From: Thalia democratica
Lineage: Eukaryota
Assembly (NCBI GenBank): GCA_965202585.1
Contig: OZ241826.1
Coordinates: forward strand, 29,388,001 to 29,452,000
Direction of reading: 5' to 3'
Length of the DNA stretch: 64,000 bases
Shown: positions 39,065 through 47,292 of the stretch, one piece after another
Layout: each line of letters begins with the position of its first letter
Position numbering within the stretch: the first letter of the stretch is position 1
Made by a program: the position numbers and the translations under genes
Notes under the pieces: generated by a model
Database searches by the model: none
The model's input: the letters and a program-made list of their open reading frames with translations, nothing else
Told to the model about the DNA's origin: nothing

Positions 39065-42000
39065 AAGACAGTCGGCTGCGTGTTTAAAACATCTGAGCAA
39101 ACTGATTTCGACTCAGAATCAACCGTGTTAAAGCACCTTAGCGGCGATATTAGTAACCTTAAAACATCTGAGCAAACTGATTTCGACTCAGAATCAACCG
39201 CGTTAAAGCACCTTAGCGGCGATATTAGTAACCTTAAGACTTCTTTTAAATCGGGAAACGAGTCAACAGAAGCAGAAAATTTTAGCAAAACAGATGATGT
39301 TCAGGTTGACGTCGAACGACAGTCGACTTCTTTCGCGCCGGTTACCGATAGTTATAACGACAGCGCGAACGCGTATAGTGACGTCACAAAAGTACAAAAA
39401 TGGGGATTCCAATTAGATCAATGTTTTGTCGATAATCCAAAAGACCTACCACAACACTTAACGTTCGTTGTGGATAGAGGGTCTAACTTTCTGTTTATGG
39501 TAGATACCGGCTGTGAGGTTAGCATTATACCTAAGTCGTTCGTTAGTAAAGTAGAAAAAACTTTTCCTCCTTATAGTCGGTCGATCAAGGGTATAGGAAA
39601 CGGCAAAATGTACGCTATAGGAAGTACAACTCTTGAACTTCAATTAGGCAATTTACCATTAATAAATCATGAGTTTTGGGTCGTAAAAGTGCAAACACCT
39701 TTTGGGATAATCGGAATGGATGTCCTTAAAAGTAATAAATTAGTAATAGATCTCGCTAACTTAAAGCTAACAAATAATATTTCGCTTAAGACAGCAAAGC
39801 TTTTTTATCCAAATGATTTACCAGTTTCGATTATTAGAACAGTGAACTTCGCCGCAAAACTGTCGAATGACAACTACCGCGAGTTAGAAACTAAATGTCA
39901 ACAGTTGGTTAATCAGTTCCCAGAGTTAATCCAAACGCCAAATTATAACACACCGCCGAAGCATAATCACAGGCTCGAAATTGTGTTAAATGATTACAAA
40001 CCTAGAGTAATAAAAGCACGTAAGCTAAATAGAATACGTCAGTTAGAAGTAGATAAACAGTATGCTGAACAAGTAAGAAGAGGCGCCTTAGTGAGAACTA
40101 ATCTTAATTCCGGTATGAGCGTATCACCTATTACGTGCGTAAAGAAAAAAGATGACACGTTACGAATTTGTGTAGACTACACCTACATAAATTCGTTCAC
40201 GCAACCTTTATCTTATCCTTTGCCGCGCATCGACTCAATTCCGGAAAGAATTCCGGGGGGCACACGTTTTTTTTCAAATTTAGATTTAAAAGAAGCGTTT
40301 AGGAGTTTACCACTGCACCCAAATTCGCAACGTCATGCAGCGATTATTACATTGTCAGGCGTCTTCGTACCTTTACGGACACCTTTTGGACTGCGAAATG
40401 CGCCCGCAGGGTTCCAAAGGTTTATGGAGGACATCCTCCTTCCGTGCCAACATTTTGTAATGGTGTATATCGATGACATATTGATATTTAGCAAAACCGA
40501 AGATGAGCATCTTGCTCATTTGCGTCAAGTTTTAGTTATATTATCTAACAATGGACTTTATTTAAATTTAGAAAAGTCTAAGTTTGCGAAAGATAAACTT
40601 TTGTTTTTAGGTAATATTGTAGGAGTTAATGGTATAAATGTAGTAGATGAAAAAGTTAAAGCGATTAAGCAATTGCCATACCCAACGACACGCAAAGAAT
40701 TAAAGCGTTTCGTTGGGATGGTAAATCATTATAATCGATGGTTGCCTAATATAGCTCGTATAATGGCACCTCTAAACGCGCTGACAGGTGGACCAAAGTC
40801 TACAAACAGAACACCGATTGTTATGGGCGCAGTAGAAATGAAAGCGTACGACGAAACTATTTCAGAATTAGCAAATGCAACCACGCTAGCTTTCGAAAAT
40901 CACGAAAAGCCTCTCTGCTTGTATACGGACGCCTCAGATACTCATGTTGGGGCTGTCCTACAACAAGAGAGTGAAGAAGGCGTAATGCGTCCATTAGCGT
41001 TTTACAGTAAGAGTTTAAATATGCTGCAAAGAAGCCGTAGTGTTTTTTATAAAGAATTGCGTGCCATTCACCTCGCGTTAAAACACTTTCATCACAGAAT
41101 AATAGGACGAGAATTAACAATTTTTTCAGACAGTTTATCGGTAGTAAACGCAATTCAAAAAGGCCCAACTACGCAACCCCCGAGTGAACAACGTTGGTTG
41201 TGCGTAATAAGAGAATATAGTCCGCACGCAGAACATGTTAGCGGCTCAATGAACGTAGTTGCTGATTGTTTAAGCAGACCACCACAAGTATCGATAATGT
41301 TCGGCAATGCCAGTTACGATAGTGATTACGCGTATACTTCTGAAAGTGACGACAACGATTCAGATAGCTCGGCAAACGACTCTATAGGAGAGACAGAAGA
41401 AAATTTAATAATAAACACAGATGATGACACAGTGGCGACTGATAATCGATTTTTAACTTGTGACGTCGCCGCAATAACAGAATTACAAACCGAAGATCCG
41501 GAAGCTATTAACTCGGCCGAAATGCAAGATAAAGTAATCGAGTATGTCGGTCCAGAAAAAATGGCTGTCATCAACGATGACAATAATCGACGAGTGATTG
41601 TCCCAAAATCATTACGATTAAGCGTTTTCGATAGTATTCATAACCGTTTCCATTTAGGTATTGATAAAACAATTGAAAAAATCGCGCAAAATTATTGGTG
41701 GCCTGAGTTAATTAAAGACGTGAGTCACTGGGTCCGTAGTTGCGTTATTTGTCAGGCATCGAAAGTAAAGCGACATAATAAGCCAAGTATTGGCTTTTAT
41801 CCGCGAAATACGCAGCGATTCCAATACGTTCATATCGACCTCATGGGCCCGTTAAATATTGAATCCAGTGGGTTTCAATATATTTTAACAGCTAAAGATA
41901 GGGCTTCAGGGTTTCTTGTAACCGTGCCCATCGCGAATAAAAAAGCCAGTACAGTAAAAGACGCGTTTTTACAAAATTGGGTAGGTCATTTAGGAATTCC

Positions 42001-42730
42001 ACAGATTGTGGTGTCCGATAATGGTAGGGAGTTTATAAACACTATCCTAACAGAAACTTTTGATATGCTCGGAATTGATCATAGACTTGTACCGCCGTAT
42101 ACTCCGCAAAGTAACGGCTTTATCGAGCGGCAACATGCCGTAATAAATGTCTATTTGCGTTCCTTGCGAAATAAAAAAGAGTGGGCGTCGCACTTGCCAT
42201 TGTTGACGGCTAACATAAATAACACACTCATTGAAGGTTCTCCATTTACACCATCGCAGTATACCTATGGTACAGGTACGAACTTGTCGGGTCGAGTATT
42301 ATTTAATCGCATATACAACGAGGACGACCTAAATCCAATTAACGACGATAGCGACACAAGAATCTTTCTATATAACATGTCTAAAATTTCTAGAAATTTT
42401 CAGCGACGTAGTAGTGAAAATGTATACTATGAACCAAATATTTTTAATTGTCAATATGTTTGGGTCAAACAGCATAATAGGACTAAGTTAGAGCCTCTTT
42501 ACCACGGGCCTTATAAAGTTCATGCGAGACATAATCAGAGTTTAATAATTTGTAAAAATTCAAGGTTAGTAAAAGAGAATATAAGAAATTTGAAAGCATT
42601 TGTTAAGCGGGAAGAAATTTATAATAAAACAACAATCGATTCTTCGACGAATTTACTGCATGATTATAATTTACGAGAGCGAAAAATTGATATAAATTAC
42701 GCTGACGAATCGAGCGAAAACGAGTTTTAG
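39005..42730 (+). CDS. pol: Pol (protease, RT, RNase H, integrase), expressed as a Gag-Pol fusion
   Basis: FMVDTGC (protease), LDLKEAF, PFGLRNAP, YIDD (RT), LYTDAS..GAVL and DSLSR-type RNase H motifs, H-H-C-C zinc finger, HIDL..SDNG..E (D,D35E) and HGPY. The frame is open from 39005. Confidence 0.97.
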   Translation, partial: RAPLLPTVRGREERGEPPLTKTVGCVFKTSEQTDFDSESTVLKHLSGDISNLKTSEQTDFDSESTALKHLSGDISNLKTSFKSGNESTEAENFSKTDDVQVDVERQSTSFAPVTDSYNDSANAYSDVTKVQKWGFQLDQCFVDNPKDLPQHLTFVVDRGSNFLFMVDTGCEVSIIPKSFVSKVEKTFPPYSRSIKGIGNGKMYAIGSTTLELQLGNLPLINHEFWVVKVQTPFGIIGMDVLKSNKLVIDLANLKLTNNISLKTAKLFYPNDLPVSIIRTVNFAAKLSNDNYRELETKCQQLVNQFPELIQTPNYNTPPKHNHRLEIVLNDYKPRVIKARKLNRIRQLEVDKQYAEQVRRGALVRTNLNSGMSVSPITCVKKKDDTLRICVDYTYINSFTQPLSYPLPRIDSIPERIPGGTRFFSNLDLKEAFRSLPLHPNSQRHAAIITLSGVFVPLRTPFGLRNAPAGFQRFMEDILLPCQHFVMVYIDDILIFSKTEDEHLAHLRQVLVILSNNGLYLNLEKSKFAKDKLLFLGNIVGVNGINVVDEKVKAIKQLPYPTTRKELKRFVGMVNHYNRWLPNIARIMAPLNALTGGPKSTNRTPIVMGAVEMKAYDETISELANATTLAFENHEKPLCLYTDASDTHVGAVLQQESEEGVMRPLAFYSKSLNMLQRSRSVFYKELRAIHLALKHFHHRIIGRELTIFSDSLSVVNAIQKGPTTQPPSEQRWLCVIREYSPHAEHVSGSMNVVADCLSRPPQVSIMFGNASYDSDYAYTSESDDNDSDSSANDSIGETEENLIINTDDDTVATDNRFLTCDVAAITELQTEDPEAINSAEMQDKVIEYVGPEKMAVINDDNNRRVIVPKSLRLSVFDSIHNRFHLGIDKTIEKIAQNYWWPELIKDVSHWVRSCVICQASKVKRHNKPSIGFYPRNTQRFQYVHIDLMGPLNIESSGFQYILTAKDRASGFLVTVPIANKKASTVKDAFLQNWVGHLGIPQIVVSDNGREFINTILTETFDMLGIDHRLVPPYTPQSNGFIERQHAVINVYLRSLRNKKEWASHLPLLTANINNTLIEGSPFTPSQYTYGTGTNLSGRVLFNRIYNEDDLNPINDDSDTRIFLYNMSKISRNFQRRSSENVYYEPNIFNCQYVWVKQHNRTKLEPLYHGPYKVHARHNQSLIICKNSRLVKENIRNLKAFVKREEIYNKTTIDSSTNLLHDYNLRERKIDINYADESSENEF
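39086..39235 (+). repeat. Two tandem 75-bp (25-aa) copies at the Pol N-terminus
   Basis: KTSEQTDFDSEST(V/A)LKHLSGDISNL twice, with one nucleotide difference. Confidence 0.95.
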
Positions 42731-43800
42731 TAGATCGAATAAGCACGTGCGAAGTTTTAAATCACCCTTAACACTCGCAAGTGGTTTCTCAAAAATGCAA
42801 CATCGAACGCACTTGAAATTATTCTCTACAAACATGCGTTACTAATAGCTTAGTCTTAACGTAATCAACACTATATATTTTTTTTTCATTTTCCTCGAAT
42901 GAAGGGTCAAGTTTTTCAATAAACTAGTATTGTTAATTGTTTGTGTTATTTTTTTTTTCTCTATCTTTTAAATATTAGTGTTATATTCTTCTTTTGTTTA
43001 AACGTTATAAATTATTTTTTTATACACTTTTTAACAAATAATTAAGCCTAAAATAGGTTTAAAATTGTTACAATTTTAAAATGTAATAATTAAGATTTTT
43101 TTTACCTTGAATTACCAAATTTTTTGTTATTTCAAAATTATGCTATATATAAATAAATTGTTAAACAAGTCATGTAAGAAAATATGATAAGTTTATGTAC
43201 GTAAGTAAACAAGCATATATTAAGACTTTTTTGTTAAATATCAAATGTTTACTTTTGATATATTTTTTTTAAAATAAATAGGAGTTGTTGTTCAATTATT
43301 GTTTCAAAACAACTTATTTCCTGTATTTGTTTTAAAATTGATGCAAAACAAGTGCTTTGATTTTAACTCCCACAGTTTATATACTATAATATGTTTTTGA
43401 CAAATTATTTCTTAATTGTTGTTTTACTTCTGATTATATGAAATAAGTTAAAAAGTAAATATACTATGAAATTAAAATGAAGCCTATTTCAAACTTAATA
43501 TATCCAGTCACAAAATCCTGCTTGTTGTAGTGAAATTATGCGACAATAATTCTGAACTGCGATCGATGAGAATTCTGACTGAGTTAATTAGGAGCAGTGT
43601 TTTTACCAAAACACAATTTTTTAAACTTTTTGTAACAAATGACTTTCTTAACTGTTAAGGTCTTCAAAAAAATCAGTTAGAGTTTTTTCTGTTTCAGTTC
43701 AAAGTCTATAAAATGAGTTGTAAATTTTAAACCTTTTTGTCATAATTATCATCTTTTCTTGTATAACGTAATACTGCGAGAAGGCTTCAGCAATAAGGTT

Positions 43801-43913
43801 TTTTTACGACATGCAGCGATAATTGTTGCTATTGTTAACGACCTTAACGACTTAACGACTTAATGACTTTAACGGTTTTTACGACGTGTAGCAATAATTG
43901 TTGCTATTGTTAA
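43801..43913. repeat. Internal repeat cluster: two 38-bp direct repeats flanking about five TTAACGAC-like octamers
   Basis: TTTTTACGAC(A/G)TG(C/T)AGC(G/A)ATAATTGTTGCTATTGTTAA at 43801 and 43876. Confidence 0.85.
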
Positions 43914-44353
43914 AAAATATCATACCTCGTTAAGAAAACTGAAAGCTAATTATTGTTGTAACTGTTAAAAAGATAAAACTGAAGTTATTTCAAAAACAAT
44001 AAGGCTACATTTTAATTTTTTAAAAAACAAAACTGTATCGGTCAGTTGAAGCATTCTTCAGTTATTGTTTAACATCAGTGCTTACTTCATTTTTTTTTTA
44101 CGTTAACGATAAAAAGTAATAACATTATAAATACTATGTTTAGTTAATAAACTAGCCGATTTTATTAAACTATTAATACTTATGCTATATTTAATGCTTT
44201 TTGTTTGCATATGATTAAATAAACATGAAAAATGGATTATTACGTCATATCAACACTCCCACGTTTCTCTCAACATGGAAAATTTTCTTCTTCTCACCGC
44301 TTAGTATATAACGTAGAATTTTCAGTTACTCCATTTATTTGTTCATCGATATC

Positions 44354-46063
44354 ATGATAAGAGTAGCACTATTGTTGTTCATGTTAACAATGTCAGTGAA
44401 AGCTGAAACATCTTCACGACGACATATACTTCCAATGTGCACAACCGAGATTATTCGTAATTATAAATTGGATATGCCAGGACGATGTACTCCAAAAAAA
44501 AATGTTACGAGAATTGAGGGTATCACAATCTACAAACCGCATAAAGTCACGGTTGAAATTCCAGCCATTGCATGTAGGAAAGAAACCATCATTAACGAGT
44601 GTACTTATTATTTTTTTGGATCACAAGTTTGTGCTGAGACAAAACGAATATTTTCCGTTGTGGATACTAAATCATGTAAGCTGGCAGCAAAGACCAGATA
44701 TACTACGGAGGGAAGTCTTGTTCCTTCCAACGACAAAACCCTTGTCACCAATAATCAATTGAAACCAAGGTATCAATATCTTACTACGCTTACAATCGCT
44801 ACGACTAATTTTCGATTGGCTTCATTGTCGGTAACGAAAAACATTGTAACTGAGAAAATTTCTCACCTTATTATGGGTGAATTAAGTTGTGAAGGAAAAG
44901 CATGTACAGCAGAATCGTGGAGAATTGTCTTGCTTTCAAACAAAACGCTGTCGTGTGACTCAATAACGAGTTTGAGAAACAAAACCTTGATAATTCATCC
45001 CGTTTCTAACGGCCATCTCTTTGAAATTGAAGGGTCCAATATCATCGCAAATAAATTGATTAGCTGTGACAAGAAAGCTACTCAATGTATTAAGCTTGAG
45101 CAGAATGAAAGGTCACTCTGCACTTTTTCTGGACATGTTTTGATTATCCAGAAGAACACTAATATTTCTACTAGCAAACTTGAAGAAAATGAAACAGCAG
45201 CGACAGCAAAACAACTGGGTGCTGCAGTCTCAGGAGTTGCCCATGGTAGCCTGTTAAACATCAATTTACTGAAGAATTTTTTCGAGATGGCTTTATGTGA
45301 AAACGCTCGATCTATCCTGATTTCACTGAGAGGATCTCAAAGGCTAAATCCTTCGGAAGTCCTTTCCCTGTTGTTAGAGCGTGAGGTGCAAGCAGTGTAT
45401 TCTGCTGGGAGCTTGTGCCAACTTAAATGCTCCATGGTTGAAGCATATCTCCAACCAACGTTGATGGTTAACGGCAGAGAGTCTGATCGCCCGTTGTTCA
45501 GGACTTACACTGGGCTTGGTACGACACTGTCATCATTACGTCAAAATAGGTATCTCTCAACAAAAATAACATTTAGCGCCTCTAGATCAAATAGCAGAAT
45601 GTTTGAGTTCAAGGACAAAATTTTGCTGTTCAATAATTCTGTGTTGACTGAAACCAAACCATCAGTAAAAAAGTTATCGTTGAAAAGCTTAAAAATTAAG
45701 GAACAACTTTTTACTATAGATGATCAAGAGTTACTGAGAGATTTCCAACAATTGTCATCGTCTCAGGAAGAAGACACTAAACAACAAATTAGAAATTTAA
45801 TCTATCTGGAAAAACGCAGATATGCTGCAGAGGGACTTGACATTACTGGTTTCCTATCAAACACAGATGATACACAGTCAAATGTTTTTGCAGATATCAT
45901 TGACGCTTTCAAGAGTACCATATGGAGTAAAACGGAAGATGCACTTGATACGCTATCCAGAATATACACGATCATAGGATCAGTATTGTTGATTGTTTTC
46001 ATCGTACAAGTCATAAAACAATATATCAGAACAATTCGGAGTACTGAGAAGAATGCTGCGTAA
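44354..46063 (+). CDS. env: Env: gB-like class III fusion glycoprotein (about 569 aa from ATG 44354)
   Basis: Signal peptide MIRVALLLFMLTMSVKA and Cys-rich ectodomain. ALCE...QRLNPSEVLS...REVQAVYSAG...C and SDRPLF resemble recalled herpes gB motifs (WCELQ..KLNP..RVSARMLGD..C; YSRPL). C-terminal TM IYTIIGSVLLIVFIVQVI. Confidence 0.85.
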   Translation: MIRVALLLFMLTMSVKAETSSRRHILPMCTTEIIRNYKLDMPGRCTPKKNVTRIEGITIYKPHKVTVEIPAIACRKETIINECTYYFFGSQVCAETKRIFSVVDTKSCKLAAKTRYTTEGSLVPSNDKTLVTNNQLKPRYQYLTTLTIATTNFRLASLSVTKNIVTEKISHLIMGELSCEGKACTAESWRIVLLSNKTLSCDSITSLRNKTLIIHPVSNGHLFEIEGSNIIANKLISCDKKATQCIKLEQNERSLCTFSGHVLIIQKNTNISTSKLEENETAATAKQLGAAVSGVAHGSLLNINLLKNFFEMALCENARSILISLRGSQRLNPSEVLSLLLEREVQAVYSAGSLCQLKCSMVEAYLQPTLMVNGRESDRPLFRTYTGLGTTLSSLRQNRYLSTKITFSASRSNSRMFEFKDKILLFNNSVLTETKPSVKKLSLKSLKIKEQLFTIDDQELLRDFQQLSSSQEEDTKQQIRNLIYLEKRRYAAEGLDITGFLSNTDDTQSNVFADIIDAFKSTIWSKTEDALDTLSRIYTIIGSVLLIVFIVQVIKQYIRTIRSTEKNAA

Positions 46064-46209
46064 ACCTTATTGACTATTTGGAACGAACAATTTGAACTTA
46101 TAGGTTTGTAACAATACTAGGGTTGTATACTTTTAAATTTTTAACTACATTATTTACAAACTTGTATGTTACTTTATTTTATATTTTAACTTGTGTTTTT
46201 TTAATTATT

Positions 46210-46244
<35 letters not shown>

Positions 46245-46715
46245 TTAAAAATAGAAAAATAAAATAAAAATTATATAAATAACTATAATTACATAAAAAA
46301 AAAGGTTTTTTACAAAAAAAAAAAAATAAGAAATAAAAATTTATTTTTTGTGTGTTGTTTTAATATTAGTGTTAAGTGTTACTTTTTACATAAAAAAAAA
46401 AAAAAAAAACACAAAAGTATCGTTGCATGTTACAATATCTATTTTACATTTGATAGTATGTTTCCTAATAGAAGGATAAATTGAGCCAATGTGACTCCTT
46501 TGTATTTTACTTTTTATGTTTTGTCGCTTAAAATTTTTTGTACATACAATTTTTTAGCTTATATTACAAGTAAAAACTACATCAACGTTATTTTTAAGCT
46601 TTATGCTATGTGTATTAAACTTGTTTAGTATTGCACGTAATCGAATTTCGTGGTATAAGTGATAATAACATCCTTAAAATTTCCATACTCTCATTTAATT
46701 CAAAAAAAATTGACT

Positions 46716-46733
46716 GGAGTGGGGGAAGGGGAG
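46716..46733 (+). promoter_or_regulatory. Candidate polypurine tract GGAGTGGGGGAAGGGGAG (67 nt upstream of the 3' LTR)
   Basis: Strongest purine run before the 3' LTR. The LTR-adjacent sequence is only AGACGGAG. Confidence 0.45.
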
Positions 46734-46800
46734 CGCTCGGAAAATGCGTTATTAAAATCCCTAAGCCTCCACAGTCATTTCTTCTTCGGGCTAGACGGAG

Positions 46801-47292
46801 TGTAGCAGTCTAACAGACATGCTCTGTTATAAATTGAGAGAATTGGGAAAAAGGGGTTGTTAAAGCACTATATATGCTACGCATGAACGATCACGTCGCT
46901 TTTTATCGCATGCGCTTCTTGATCGCATAGACGAGTATACAAAAGTCAGTGTTTTACTTTTTGCTAGTTTAGTATTATATTATATTTGTGTTATTTACTT
47001 ACGATTATAGAGTGTATTTGGTGTTTTATATTTTATGTTGTGAGTTCTTTTAATAAATAATTGTGTTTAAACGTTTTTGTTGTTTTAACTTAGATTACTT
47101 GACCATTCATTCGCGGTATATTAATCAATAAATAGCGCGACATGAATTCGAAACAAGTTGCCAAAAAGTTGTCCAAAATGATTACTCGCTCTGAGTCAGC
47201 CAACGCGCCTGAACCCGTTGTTAGCGAAACAGAGAAGTCACGACCGCCGGCTCCGTTAAGGGAAAGTACCGAAGGACCGAGCGATCGTCACA
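46801..47292 (+). repeat. 3' LTR (492 bp)
   Basis: Identical by eye to 37108-37599 and followed by the TSD GCCC. ORF 47142-47357 is the LTR-encoded gag start running into host DNA. Confidence 0.97.

Larger units (their letters stand above)
37108..47292 (+). mobile_element. Full-length Ty3/gypsy LTR retroelement with env (endogenous retrovirus/errantivirus-like), 10185 bp
   Basis: TG...CA LTRs, 4-bp TSD GCCC (37104-37107 and 47293-47296), PBS, and intact gag, pol (PR-RT-RH-IN order) and env. Confidence 0.98.

Noticed and set aside
37650-46014. Short antisense and alternate-frame ORFs within gag, pol and env
   Set aside because: These are expected by-products of long GC-richer ORFs, and no motifs were found.
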